A DNA stretch of 64,000 bases from Mobula hypostoma (Eukaryota), in the NCBI RefSeq assembly GCF_963921235.1, contig NW_026948158.1, forward strand, positions 372,001 through 436,000. Direction: 5' to 3'. The notes under the pieces are model-generated. The model made no database searches. It was given only the letters and a program-made list of their open reading frames with translations, and was not told the DNA's origin. This document shows, in pieces, positions 48,196 to 62,318 of this stretch (position 1 is the first letter of the stretch; each line of letters starts with the position of its first letter). A program made the position numbers and the translations under genes.

Positions 48196-49353
48196 ACTGT
48201 CTGAGTCTGGGTCTGTATCTGTATATGTCTGGGTCCATTCCCTCTTTTCCCCGTATTCATACCCACTTTCTTTCGTTCATTCCCTGTTTCTTCTCTTTCT
48301 CTTTTTCTCCACTTTTCTTTCTTTCTTCCCTACTTTCTGGCCCACTCAGTTATCATCTCTGTGCCGTTTATGCTCTGACCGTCTTGCACCTCGTTCCCGA
48401 TATTTCACCAGTAACTCTGTTCTGCATTGTTTAATTGTTCAGACAGACAATTCATCCCAGTTGTGAGGCTTTTAAAAAACATAAACAGCGACGTTTTCAC
48501 CCACAACGGGGACTCAATCCGAGGTGCCATTAACTTCCTAATCCTGTCCTGATGATTGGAAGACTGTCCGAGTACCTTCAGTGCTGAACCAGCAGTTCAG
48601 CTTGTGAAACGGAACTCGCGACATTAATGTATTGCAAGCACTTACCTCAAATGCAGCAATTCCTCCACCGGGATTAACTGTTCGTATCACATTCAGACCA
48701 TCACGGCCGGACCAGTGAGTGACAGATGGAGCGGTGGGGACTATCGCTGATGGTTCGCCCCTCCCTGTAACGAGGGGCAGTTTTTCCATTTCTCCAGCGT
48801 GGCTTCGTAACTGATACAGTAAGGGTTGGGTTTTAACTCTCCCACGTGGGACGGTGTAAAGACACGCTGGCAGCTGATTATCCCCTATCACCGGGCTTCT
48901 CCCTCTCTTCTCCCACTTTTCAATTCTACTCCTCATTTGATTTCTCCAGTCCTCCTGAAGGGTCTCGGCCCAAAACGTCGACTGTACTCTTTTCCATAAC
49001 TTCCTCCGTCGCTCCAAGGAAAAAACTGCCTGACTTGCTGAGTTCCTCCAGCATTTTGGGTGTGTCGATCCGTGTCTTGCTAAACCCGTGAATCATCTTC
49101 CCAAATCTTTTGTAAAGTAGATATTCGGAGAAATGTTCTTATATTGTAAAAATAAAATTACGTGTGATTAATTCAACAAAAAGCTATTAACAGATACCAA
49201 AACGTACCACAGAAAATGTAATTTAAAGACCTTTATCATGAAAGAAATTGACCCTTTCCTTCCCAGTAGCAGACTCTTGATATGAGTTGTTTCTCTGGTC
49301 TGGGAATGAGTTTCCAGACATTAAATTGATATTATATCCGCCAGTGAAAAGAA

Positions 49354-49354
<1 letters not shown>

Positions 49355-49408
<54 letters not shown>

Positions 49409-49520
49409 GACACGCGTGTAAACAAACAGATACACACACGCACAGGCACGAAAACAAACAAATACACACGCACAAACACACGCATACGCACACGCACTCC
49501 CCCCCCCCACACACACACAG
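49355..49520. repeat. (CA)n microsatellite with degenerate extension
   Basis: Perfect CA run to ~49404, then degenerate. Confidence 0.95.
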
Positions 49521-52500
49521 AAACAAACTAAGTTAAATACAGAAAGCGCAGTGACTAGCAAACTGAAGGAATAAATGTGATAACACAGTTGAGATATTGA
49601 ACAAACAGGCCTGGAAATATCTCAAAGGAATTAGGTTAATATTAGTTGTATGTTGACATGAATAAATACGCGATGGTCATAACTTTCTGGCAGCGTGTTA
49701 TGCCATTGGAGAGACGGCGCTCCTGTGAAGACACCAGCGGAAGAAGCAGTGGAAACATTTCGAGGTAGTTAAGCTGTCACTGCAGTGGAGTTATGGGAGT
49801 GAGTTGCAAACTCAGCACAAGAAATGAAAGAAGTGAGAAGGGAATCTATGTGAAAAGCCGAGTGAGGGCACAGTGTGGATGTTGAGGGACGAGGGAGAAT
49901 CAGCGAGGGAAGGATGAGGGAGTAACTTTAAATTCCTCAGTGTTATCATTTCAGATTATCAATCCTTGGCCCGGCACATACGTTTCATTACAAAAAAGGT
50001 TCGGCAGCGCCTCTACGCGTAATCTAAAATGTTGATAGATTTCCATAGGTGTGCGATGGAGAGCATATTCACTGGTGGCATGAGGATCTGCCATGGGACC
50101 AACAATGCCCTTGTACTGAAAAGCCCACAAAAAGTAATGGATAGAGCCCAGGCCAGCACAGGAAAAGCCCTCCCCGCCACTGAGCTCATCTACACGGAAT
50201 GCAGGATCCCGACCATCCAGGTCATACTCTCTTCTCGCTGCTGCCATCAGGAAGGAGGTAACCCATCAATAGGTCCATTACCCCTCAATCATCAGGCTAT
50301 TGAAGAAGAATGGACCACTTCATTTACCCAACGCTGAACTGTACCCACAATCCAGAGTCTCACTTTCAAGACTCATCAATTCATATTTTCGATATTTATT
50401 GATTATTTATTTTTAATATTTTCTTAGTTTTTTCTTGTATTTGTGTTGTTTAGGTTTTTATCACCTTTGTCGTTTGCTGTCTTTGCTGAGTGTGGTCTTT
50501 CATTGATTGGCTTGTGTTTCGTTCTATTTACTGTGGACGCTCCTATGGTGACGTGTATATAGTTCGGGAATAAATTTAGTTTAATCTTGCAACTTTGAAC
50601 TTTCGGGAGAGGAATCTATTGGGTGAGACACGGATGCTGTTTCACACTATTAGCGACGAGGTGGAAAGATTGATGGAGCCCAGCAGCTTTATTCTCTGGG
50701 ACGGGATTGTGGCAGAGGACTGCACCGAACGGAACGCCTTATCTCCGGACATAGAAGATAGGAAGGGGAGTGGGCGACACAGGTCTTCCAGTTGTTTCAT
50801 TTGAATGGTCATCTCTGATTGGAATCACCGGATCACTGTTCCAGCATTTCGTATGAACGGGCTGTTGTGACTGTAATCTATATTCTCATCCAGGAGGATC
50901 CAGTCTCATCACATTCTGTTTGTTAAGACCTCTCAGTATTTTACATCTATTCTGTAACAAGTTCTTACTGCTCTATATTCCAGAGGATACAATCCTTGTA
51001 TCTCGAACTCGGTTCAGAACTCAAGTTGCACACCACAGGTATTAATTTAATTAAAGATAAAACTTTACTCATTTCCCGCGATTAACACCACCCCTTTAAA
51101 TGCCTGTACTCTGAATGGTGTTCCAGATGTTGTATCTCTACATAATTGAAAAACAATTTCTCTACTGATGGATTCGGGTCTCCTCGCTATAAACCTTGCT
51201 TGCTTAACCAAAGTTTTGGAACATGCTGTATGGTTGCCAGCAAGCATTTTGGAATTGACGTCCTCGCTCAGCTGAATCACGTTGACTGTCAGAGGGCGAC
51301 AAAACCTTACCATTTCGATAAAAGGCTTCCTTCTATTTTAAACTAATATGTTGATTAACGTTACCTCCCATTTCACTGAACTTTACACCCTCCATAATAT
51401 TTTGATATCTTTCTTTTTATATAGTTTTAGAATCGGTGTGAAACAGGAAGATGTATAGTCAAACAGTGAAGTGGGGATGTGGAACACATTGACAGAGCAG
51501 CCGATGTACTGTGGGGAGAAGAGGGATTGTTTGCAGTCCAGAGCTTCTGCAAACTAATCCATAGTAACCATCTGTAATCAATCCCCATCTTTCCTCGTGT
51601 AGGTTCTTATGAATTCAGTGTGTTCATTGGAAATTCTGTCGGCTGAGTGACTCTGGTCATTCTTAACATTCGACTAATCATCTGCCACCAACATGGACTG
51701 AACTGCTTTCCTATTGAGCCGGACATCTTCAGCGTTCCTAATCGTGGGGCTCCGTGAGTGTGTGAAGAAATGAGATTATTCCAGAGAGTATCGGCCCACA
51801 ATGCTTCAGGTCTCCTCAGCGGACAAGTCTAGTGACATTTTGCCGCGTCCCCTCGTTCACTAAAGGTATCCTTCCTTAAGCACGGGCCTCTACCTGCAGG
51901 CAGGAGAACGGGGTTGTTTGGATTTCCCTTCTTCAGAGGCAATAGGGGCGAAATCTATTAACGGGAGAGAATTCAAAGATTCAAAGCACATTTATTATCA
52001 AATAAGTATAAATTATACACCTTGAGAATTGTCTGCTCATAAGCAGCCACAAGGCAAGAAACTCGAATAATCCAATTTTTAAAAAGACCAAAAGCCAAAG
52101 CGCAGAGAAAGAGAGAGAAAGAAAAAACACATCGTGCAAACAAGAGAAGCAAGCTAACAGCATCCCGAACCAGACTGGATAACAGATCCGCTCCCGGAGC
52201 AGCCGGAGTAGGCCCGAAGACTCGGTCCCCGGTTTTCACACCCACGAGGCAGTAAAGCACAACAGCGGGATCAGCCGCGATCTATTTCATTGTGTTATTT
52301 ATCAATTACATCAACGGGCTGAGAAGTTAACGAGACCTCGGGATTGATTAAATTAAACCACCCAGGTGTGAGTAAAAGCATCGTAAGCTGCAAAATACCG
52401 ACAGGAGGAAATAGTGTCCTTTGGCTCATTTCGGCTCTCTGTTGTTCGACCCATTGATGTTTGTCCCGGATAACAGCCCAGAGACAAAGAGAGAGAACGC

Positions 52501-53249
52501 AGAAGAGACACAATGGAAGATAAACAGAATGTGTGACAGCAGGGCTACTGAAATCGTGTTGATTCGATAATGCAAAACACATTCATTGCTGACATGTCTG
52601 GAACGAGGGTCTGCAAATGGGTTGGAGCACAGAGATAAGAACAGGCAGGTACAGTCACAACATTAGAGAATTGTTTGGGCGAGCACCTCAACCATCAAAG
52701 CACTGAAGGCAATAGTTCGTAAGTGAGTTTTTTTTCTGGTGAGATTGGCTCTTGATTGTCAACATGGACGTGGCGGGCCGAAAGGCTTGTTTCAGGGTGG
52801 CATGAGACTGTGATTCTATCTTACATTTGTTAGTCACAATAAAGGGTGTAATTTAATCGTGTAACGGACAGAGGGTCTGGAGAGGGATCCCACAGGGTAT
52901 AAATAGACAGAGTGAGTGGTGAGTAGAATGACACCTTCGGGGTGAACACATCATCCGGCATGTTTTGATGTGTTCTAGTTTGTTGTGGGAGTCTGGGTTA
53001 GACTGAGAGCAGGAAGCTGCACTGGTTGGTTCATCGAGAAAATCTGAAAGATAGGAAATCGGTCTTTGATCGACTGGCCAGCCCAGGGTGAATAATAATG
53101 TTATCCTCAACCATGAATATAAACAGTTTCGGGAATTCGTACGCGAGTTAGCAGGGTTAGACCACTCGGCCGAAAGAAGTCTGCGCAGATCGGGTTCTAT
53201 GAATAGTTCATTTCTGATAGTTTCGATGAAAAATGAAAACCCTGCAAAC

Positions 53250-53321
53250 TGCGATCTTCGGAAATCACACCTGCGTCAACTGTCTGTAAGAGCGCTATGT
53301 TCACCTATATATCACCATTGT
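53250..53321 (-). pseudogene. tRNA-Gly-derived pseudogene (paralog of 2641-2712)
   Basis: Same position in the duplicated cassette and more decayed (B-box GGTGTGA). Confidence 0.75.
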
Positions 53322-53758
53322 TCCATCATTCTGCAGGAGGCTTGGGTCCTGAATCGTCTCCAGGGGTGCATGACTGTGGCTCGAGCTGCTTCCTGAGTCT
53401 GGTCACTCTGATTCCTGACTGTGCTGCAGTTCCAGTTATGTCCAGTTGAGGGCGCGATCTTCCTACAGTCCGGAGATACAAAACTCCCAGTAATTGGCAC
53501 GGAATCGGACTGAAGTGAGAATGATCCCTTCAAAATCGAAGAGCTACACATCGTTTCCGCCCTGTCGCATTACTTTTCAACAAGACGGAGTTGAGTTCGA
53601 ATGAGAGTACAACCTATCGCTAATTCTTGAACACAACGGTGACTAAATCGCTGGAGGAAACTGAGACACCTCTGTGGGAAGGACACGCAATAAACAAGGT
53701 ACTTCTATTCACCGTCTTGTGCTCTTATATGTGCTTGAAGTGATATATCAACAGCAAT

Positions 53759-53830
53759 TCCTCGTTAGTATAGTGGTTAGTATCCCCACCTGTCACGCGG
53801 GAGACCGGGGTTCAATTCTCCGACGGGGAG
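53759..53830 (+). tRNA. tRNA-Asp(GTC) variant, possibly non-functional
   Basis: Two substitutions versus 2956-3027 give an A-C mismatch in the anticodon stem and a G-T pair in the T stem. No T4 terminator immediately downstream. Confidence 0.85.
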
Positions 53831-54599
53831 ATACTGATTCCACTAGAATAAGTGGAAAAAATAATTTGGCATTGAAGTGATCGGTTCAGCGGTCATTGGG
53901 AAGGTGGAATCTCTTGCTGCTGTGAGCTCGGAATGGTAAAATCTTGCAAGAAGAAAGAGACGTTTTCAGACTGTTTCTTCGAATCTCCCTGGGGGAATCT
54001 GTATTTCGCAGCGTTCGTTGTTACACTCAGCGACTGAGTCCATCACTCCGAGCACACTAAACCATGGCTTTAGTTGTCAGCTCCCGCATTGCCCACCAGT
54101 TTAGCAAAGCAACTAACCCACATTGACTGTCAACCTAGAACTCTTCAGTTGAATCCTCATCTTGTTTTCGGACGCAAAATGACTCCAGTTCCCTGCTGTG
54201 CAAAGGGAAATCAGACTTTACCAAGACCTTTCTTGCCGAGGTTGACTGCACGTTATCTGTGAACTTTCCCTGCCAAGGCGCTACGTTAACTTGACTTGCT
54301 GTAGCTCCTCCCACTTCCCTTTCGTTCTGTAAAGGACAACATGGATTGTGGGTGCAGTTGAATTGCCCAGAGAATTCAGGTCTCCTCAGTGATCCTGTCA
54401 TCGACTATCCTGAAGAGGAGGGTTGCTGAACAACAATGTAGGCAGCCGTTCTTTGGGCATTACTCCGCAGGGCGCTCTCAGACAAGAAATTAAAACAAGG
54501 TTTAATATCAGCAACTGGAGTTGCACAAACTTCCTAGCAGGGATTGAAGTCAATTATAGGTCCCAAAGGCGATAATAGAGTCGTATGTAACTTCGGACC

Positions 54600-55530
54600 A
54601 AACTTATTACCCTTAACAGCTTCTAACGGGATCCACACGGCTGAAGTTTGTGATGAACCCAGATATATCAAGGATGTTTGTCCATTATTCCAGACCAATG
54701 ATGGCACAGCTATCTTCACTCTCAGCCAACAGAACGTTTAATGCTGTTCGATTTTGAGAGGCAACTTTGCAGCTTGCTTCCATTTTGTGAGAAATGTCAT
54801 TGGTGTTCAGACTTATATCCGCACTGTGGCTGTGTCGTTAGCCAATTACCGCAACACTGGGGCCATACCGATGCTCTCACCAGCCAGTCTGGTGAGTCCC
54901 CAGAACAGGAACACTACAATCCAGTAACGCTGCTCAGTCTCCTTCAGCCTTCAACGCTGCCAGCTGGTATGTATTTGGTACTAGCTTCGCCAAATTGTAA
55001 TAACCCCTTGACAGCGTTTGTTCAGACCAGAGACACCATTTAAATAGAAAGGGGATACCCTGGGACAATAAATACAGTCGGCTTGCCAGCCGATTCTGTA
55101 AGTGCCATTTAAAGAAGTTGTGATATCACTGGTGACACAGGTATTGTTACCTAAATCTGATTCCATCACCCCGTAGTTGCAATAACAGACTTCACCCTCA
55201 TTCTCATGAAGCAGCTTCAGAGCTGAGAATTCATACAGTCCATTGCAAGAAATTTAATGCCATCGTTCAAAGCAGTTCCATTGGCAAGTGTGATTTCTCT
55301 GGGCAGTTTAGCCCAATGCTCCCTTCACAGCTCTAACATTGTTACAACAGTTAAAAACAGAATCAAACTTTCCCGAACCTCGTCACCTCCGTTTGGCCTT
55401 CGGCACGGCGCTGACAGCGATGGAAGCTTGTGATCTCCTCGCTGTCAGCGAAGGATCCGCCACCTTGCCACGGTTCTGCCACAACGAATTGTCTTCAATT
55501 CCAAAGGGAAGTTACAGGCTATTACTTGTG
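54600..55530 (-). mobile_element. Endogenous retrovirus env relic (TM subunit with ISD and CX6CC region)
   Basis: 54768-54661 translates KVASQNRTALNVLLAESEDSCAIIGLE*WTNILDIS. Upstream is a hydrophobic YWIVVFLFWG segment and ..LANDTA. Confidence 0.8.
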
Positions 55531-55789
55531 ATAATCAACCCACACAAATTGCTGGAAGAAATCAGCAGGCCAGACCGCATTTACGGAAGAAGAACTTTTT
55601 TTTTCCATAGATGTTGCCTGGCCTGCAGAGTTCCTCCAGCATTTTGTGTTTGTTGCTCGAATTTCCAGCGTCTGCAGATTTTCTCTTGTTTGCCAATTGC
55701 GATAATCGTTTGCCAGAAAAAGTGCGATGGAGAAAGCGGCAATGAACCTCATGATACCGACCACCACCCCATTTCAGTGAAGCCATCTG

Positions 55790-58554
55790 TTTTGTACAGC
55801 TCACCCTTGCACCACATGAAGTCACGGAGATCCAGTAAATGCAAGCAGGCATTTTCCATGCTGAGCTCTTTGACTTCATCAACTTTGCCTCCAACTTTCA
55901 CCCTGCCCTCAAATTTACCTGGTCCATTTCCGACACCTCACTCTCCTTTCTTGATCTTTCTATCTCTGTCTCTGGAAACAGCTTATGTACTGATGTCTAA
56001 TATTAGCCTACAGGCTCTCACAGCTACCTGGACAATTCCCCTTCCCAACCTGTCTCTTGCAAAATTGCCATCCCCTTCTCGCATTTTTTCCGTCTCCGCC
56101 GCATCTGCTCTGAGGATGAGGCTTTTCACTCCAGGGCGAAGGAAATGTGTTCCTTTTTTAAACAAAGGGGCTTCCCTTCCTCCACCATCAACTCTGCTCA
56201 CAAACGCATCTCTCCCATTTCACACACATTTGCTCTCATCCCATCCTCCCGACAACCCACGAGGGATAGGGTTACCCTTGTACTCACCTACCGCCCCACC
56301 AGCCTTCGGCTCCAACACAAAATTCTCCGTAACTTTCACCACCTCCAACGGAATCCCACTACCAAGCACATTTTTCCTCCCCGTCTTTCTGCTTTCTGCA
56401 GGGGTTGCTTCCTACGCGACTCCTTTCTCCATTCGTCCCCCCCCCCCCATTCTCTTCTCACCAATCTCCCTCCCAGCACTTATCATTGTAAGCGGAACAA
56501 GTGCTACACCTGCCCTTACACTTCCTCCATCACCACCGTTCAGGGCCTCCGACAGTCCTTCCAGGTGAGACGACACTTCACCTGTCAGTCGACTGGGGTC
56601 ATATACCGCGTCCGGTGCTCCTGGTGTGGCCTGCTATATATTGTTGAGACCCGCCGCAGACTGGGAGACCGTTTCTCTGAACACCTACGCTCTGTCCGCC
56701 AGAGAAAGCAAGATCTCCCAGTGGCTACGTATTTTATTTCGACGTCCCATTTCCATTCTGATATGTCTATCCACGGCCTCCTCTACTGTCAAGGTGAGAC
56801 CGCACTCAGGAAGGGGGAACAACACCTTATATTCCGTCTCGGTAGCCTGATGGCATGAACATTGATTTCTCTAACTTCCGTTCGAAACCACAGAAACATT
56901 ACAGCACAGAAACAGGCCTTTTGGCCCTTCTTGGCTGTGCCAAACCATTTTTCTGCCTAGTCCTACTGACCTGCATCTGGACCATATCCCCCATACACCT
57001 CTCATCCATGTACCTGTCCAAGTTTTTCTTAAATTTACCACTTCGTCTGGCAGCTAATTCCACAGTCACACAACTCTCTGTGCGAAGAACCCACTCCCCC
57101 CAATCCCCAAAGTTCCCTCTAAATTTTTCCCCCTTCACCCTTAAACGATGTGCTCTGTTTTTTTTTCTCCCTTAGCCTCAGTGGAAAAAGCCTGCCTGTA
57201 TTCACTCTATCTATACCCATGATAATTTTATATACCTCTATCAAATCTCCCCTCATTCTTCTACGCTCCTAGGAATAAAGTCCTAACCTATTCAACCTTT
57301 CTCTGTAACTCAGTTCTCAAGTCCCGGCAACATCCTTGTAAACCTTTTCTGCACTCTTTCAAAGTTATTAATATCCTATCAATTAGGTGACCAAAACTGC
57401 ACCCAATACTCCAAATTCGGCCTCACCAATGTCTTATACAACCTCACCATGATATTCCAACTCCTATACTCAACACTTTGATTTATAAAGGCCAAAGTAC
57501 CAAAAGTACTCTTTACGACCCTATCGACCTGTGACGCCATTTTTAGGGAATTTTGTATTTGTATTCCCAGATCCCTCTGTTCTACTGCACTCCTCAGTGC
57601 CCTATAATATCATTTACTTTGTATGTTCTACCTTGGTTTGTCTTTCCAAAGTGCAATACCTCCTCTTGTTAGTGTTAAACTCCATCCGCCATTTTTCAGC
57701 CCATTTTTCCAGTTGGCCCAAATCCCTCTGCAAACTTTGAAAACCTTCCTCACTGTCCACTATTCCTCCAATCTTTGTATCATTAGCAAATTTGCTGATC
57801 CAATTTACCACATTATCATCCAGATCATTGATATAGATGACAAATAACAATGGACCCAGCACTGATCTCTGTGGTACACCACTAGTCACAGGGCTCCACT
57901 CAGAGAAGCAATCCTCCGCTACCACTCTCTGGCTTCCCCCATTGAGCCAATGTCTAATCCAATTTACTACATCACCATTGTATATCTAGCGACTGAAACT
58001 TCCTAACTAACGTCCCATGCGGGACCTTGACAAAGGCCTTACTGACGTCCATATAGACAACATCCGCTGCCTTCCCTAGATCCAGTTCCTGGCAAACTTC
58101 TCGAAAAAATCTAATAGATTTGTTAAACATGACCTACGACTCACAAAGCCATGTTGACTCTCCTAATAAGTCCCTGTCTATTCAAATACTTGTAGATCCT
58201 ATATCTTAGTTCACCTTCCAATAATTTTGCTAGCGATATCAAACTTACTGGCCTATAATTTCCCGGATTACTTGTTGAGCCCTTTTTAAACAAGAGAACT
58301 ACATGAACTATCCTTCAATCCTCCGGCACTACAACCGTGGATACCGACATTTAAAATATATCTGCCAAGGGCTCCTGCAATTTCAATACTATCTCCCTCA
58401 GGGTCCGAAGAAATACCCTGTCAGGTCCTGGGGATTTATCTACTCTGATTTGTCTCAAGATAGCAAGCACTTCCTCCTCTTCAATTTGTATAGTTTCCAT
58501 GACCTCACTACTTGTTTGCCTTATTTCTATTCACTCCATGCCAGTTTTTTTAGT

Positions 58555-58595
<41 letters not shown>

Positions 58596-59200
58596 ACGTT
58601 TTTACTATTTCCCCCATTTCTTTTGGCTCCATACATAGCCGACCACTCTGATTTTCAAGAGGATCAATTTTCTCCCTTGCTATCCCTTTGCTCTTAATAT
58701 ACCTGTACAAGCTCTTTGGATTATCCTTCACCTTGACTGCCAAAACAACCTCATGACTTCGTGCCACTCCTCCCCTTCTTACCCCATCCCTTGTTTATTT
58801 TTATTCTCCCCCTTTTTTTCTTCTCTTTCTGTCCCTCTCACAATCACTCCTTGCCTGCTGCCCATCTTCCTCTGGGCTCCCCTGCCCCTTTCTTTCTCCT
58901 TAGGCCTTCTGTGCCATGATCCTCCCTCTTCTCCAACTCTGTATCCCTTTTGCCAATCCACTTTTCAGCTCTTAGCTTCACCCTCCCCCTCCTGTCTTCT
59001 CCTATCATTTCGGATCTCCCCCTCCCAGTCCCAGTTTCAAATCTGTTACTATTTCTTCTTTAAGTTAGTTCTGACGAAGGGGCTCGGCTCAAAACGTTGA
59101 ATGTACTTTTTTCTATAGACGCTGCCGAGCCTGCTGCGTTCCACCAGCATTTTGTGTGTGTTGCTTGAATTGCCAGTATCTGCAAATTTTCTCGTGTTTG
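55790..59200 (+). mobile_element. Penelope-like element (RT end and GIY-YIG 55790-56880; pLTR 58760-59200) split by a CR1
   Basis: GVIYRVRCSWCGLLYIVETRRRLGDRFSEH motif. Degenerate hammerhead at ~59067-59102. Confidence 0.88.
56885..58755 (-). mobile_element. CR1 LINE nested in the Penelope element (contains (CA)n at ~58557-58590)
   Basis: SGVPQRSVLGPLLFVIYINDLD..FANDT motif. Confidence 0.92.
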
Positions 59201-61499
59201 CATTTTCCATGCGGGTTTGGAGGGACTACAACCAGAGGTCATGAGTTGAGGGTGAAAGGTGAACGTTTAAGGAGAGCTGGAAAGGAAAATTCATCACTCA
59301 GATGGTTATTAGAATGTCTGAACAAGCTGCCAGCACAAGTGGTGCATACAAGTTTGATTTCAACATTTAAGAGAAGTCCGAATAGATGCGTGCATGGTAG
59401 GGGTATGGAGGGATACCAGGGCAGATCGATGGGAGTGGGTAGTTTAAATGATTTGGCATAGACTAGATGGACCGAATGGCCTGTTTCTGTGCTGTACGTT
59501 TCTATGATTCCATGAATCTATGATGCAGAATCCTGAAACCTGCCCCTGCACCAGCTCCTCGGTCACACATTCATCTGCTCTAACTTTCAGTTCCTACCCC
59601 AACTATACACGGTACTGGGAATAACCCGGAGATTACAACCCTTCAGGTCCTGCTCTTCACCTTCTTCCCTAACTCTCTATATTCACCGTGTGGGACATCA
59701 CCCCTTTTCTACCCGTCCATTGGTTCCTACGCAAACCACCACATATGGCTGAATTAACGCTGGCCCGCTGTTCTCCAGCTGCTCTGAGACGTCCCTGACC
59801 CTGGCACCAGGGAGAGGACACTCCGGTTTGAGATGGCGCTGGTGAAGCACAGCGATGACTTATCGGTATCAAACAAAACCACGAACTACTTTATGAATCA
59901 GACATTTTCAAGAAAACGATCACTGCAATCAATAGCCTATTGCTTTCCTGTCGGAGCTGAGCTTTTCAACCGCCTGTACAACCTGGCATTTTTGCGGTGT
60001 GAACTGAAGAATTAAAGATTCAGGACGGTTGTACGTGACGTTTACGGAACGAATCGAGGCAACGGGACCCGGGCCGGAGTGTGGGGAATGGGCTAATGTT
60101 TGGCCACTGCTGGAGCAGACTGAGAGCTGATTCGATGTGACAGAACCGAGGTGAGGAAAGCGGACGCAATGCAGAGTAGAGTTGGCTGGGCCCGGGCTCA
60201 GGCCTGCGAGAGAGAAAACACCTGAGGTTTGATCGATTTAAATGCCAGGTCAGGGAGTCGGGGCCGGAGGCAAGGGACGGGCCGGTTCAGCTGGCTGCTC
60301 AGCGAGGTTTACTCGTCTCTCCACTTAACCGAGGCTCTGGCCTGCAACTAACGGGCTGCTCGGCTGCAGTGATGACTGGCTTCACAGCCCTCGACCCACT
60401 CTCTCACTCTCGTGAACTTCAGGTGTCTGATCGTTTCTGTTGTTTGCACGATTTGTTTTTATTTTCCTGCACTCTGGATATTTGATGGTCTTTTTAAAAA
60501 TGCGTTCCATTGGGATTATCCGTTTTCTAGCTGCCCGTATGGAGACAAATTTCCAGATTATGTATGATATATATACATTGATTATAAATGTACTTTGAAC
60601 TTTGAACAGCATAATTTTGTGGATAGTGGACAGCAATCGAGTTACACAGCGCTATTGCTTGCTTCTTAACCAGCCAGACTCAGAGACAGTCTCAGCTCCT
60701 CAGCTTCTCCCTCCCCTATTTATTTTCAGCCAGTAACTCCCATACCAACCACTAGACTCACCGTTCTTTTCCGATATAGTTAATATTATCAGCGAGAAAT
60801 TAGTTAATATCAATAATTCGCAATAACATTATCCTAGTACGGGGCTCTCCCGAATCGACTTCTGTTTCTTTCCTCTCACAGACGATCCTCCAGTTGATTA
60901 TTTTGGTTCTAGTGAGGTCATGGCTGGTCGAATCTGCGTGTCTTCAGTATTATTTATTTGTTTGTTTATTTGTATTTACAGAGATTGTCGTTTGCTCCTT
61001 GATTGTTTCTCAGTCGTTGTATGTTTTGCTTTAATTATGTGGTATTTCTTTGTTCTGCTGTGTATATTGGCAAGAAAATGAATGTCAATGTGGTAATGGT
61101 GACATATATTCATTGTACTTTGATAATAAATTTACTTTGAACTTTGTGTATTGCTTGCTGTTCTGGTTTCCTTTCTTTAGGAAAACTATTGGTTTCCTTG
61201 GTGTTGCAGAGCAGGATGACCATATTGATGGCGAGTTTGTCAATGAGCAGAGGTTGAATTGACTGCGATTATGCATGCTGAAATTCAGAAGAATGAGAGG
61301 GAACCTCAGAGAAACATACAGAATTGTGAAAGGGATAGACGAGAAAAAGACAGTAATGTTCCTTCTTCTAAAATAAAACTAGGGGCCATATCTTCAATAT
61401 TTGGAGGACATAAAGGGAGTAGTGAATTTCTTATATTCTCTGTGCACGGAAGGAGTGGAAGCTAACTTATCAAAGACACTTCCAAGAAATATCCCAAGA

Positions 61500-62310
61500 A
61501 AAGTGACGAACATAAGGCAGTTGATGTTGTCTACATGGACGTTAGCAAGCCCTTTGACAAGGGCCCGCATGGGTTGTTGTTCAAGAACGTTCAGTCGTAT
61601 GGCATTCACGGTGTGGTAGTGAAATGCATTACAGTTTGATTTTGCTGACTAAGCCAGAGAATGGTAGTAGATGCTGCCTCTCTGACTGGAAGCTTGTGAC
61701 GAATGGGAGGATGCAGAATTTGGTACTGGCTTTGTTGTTGTTTTTAATAAATATCGAAGATCTGGATTACAATCTGCTAAATACGATCAAACAATTTGCC
61801 GATGACACCAAGACTGGGGACAGAGTGGACAGTAATAAAGGTTATCAAAGCTTACACTGTCATCGGGTACGGATGTAAACATACGAGATTGAATTTAATG
61901 CAGACAGTTATGAAGTGTTTGGGAGTGCAAACATGCCGATAACTTGTTGAGTGAGCGGTGGGGCACTGCGAAGAATTGTGGGATGGAGGCATTTGGGAAA
62001 ACAGATCCATAATTCCTTCACAAAGTATAGAGTGCTTTATAGAAAGCTTTTGATACAGAAGCCTTCATAAATCAAAGTAAGGAAGTTGGGGTGCTGTGTT
62101 GAAGTTGTGTAAGACATTTGTGACGCCTAATGTAAGGTATTGTGTCCTGTACAGGTCACATATCTGGGGGAAAGTTATCAGTAAGATTGAAAGAGTGCAG
62201 ACAAAATTTACAAGCATGATGCCAGGAATTCAGGACGTCAGTTGTAGGGAAAGTTGAATGTGTTCGAGCTTTATTCTCTAGAAGACAGGAGAAAAAGAAG
62301 AGATTTGATG
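61500..62310 (+). mobile_element. Old CR1 RT remnant
   Basis: KQFADDTK motif, decayed. Confidence 0.75.
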
Positions 62311-62318
62311 CAGGCGAC

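Larger units (their letters stand above)
51607..53928 (+). repeat. Segmental duplication copy B
   Basis: Colinear with 449-3161 but lacks the ~1470-2050 segment that holds the iMet pseudogene. Confidence 0.9.

Noticed and set aside
48497-48530. Possible tRNA 3' remnant beside an A-run
   Set aside because: Similarity is too short and weak to assign.
48538-49017. 159-aa minus-strand ORF with a GAG|GTAAGT donor
   Set aside because: Starts within a repeat, has no recognisable domain, and no partner exon was found.
55339-56568. 409-aa ORF as a host gene
   Set aside because: It is a chance frame across antisense env, a short insert and an off-frame Penelope RT.
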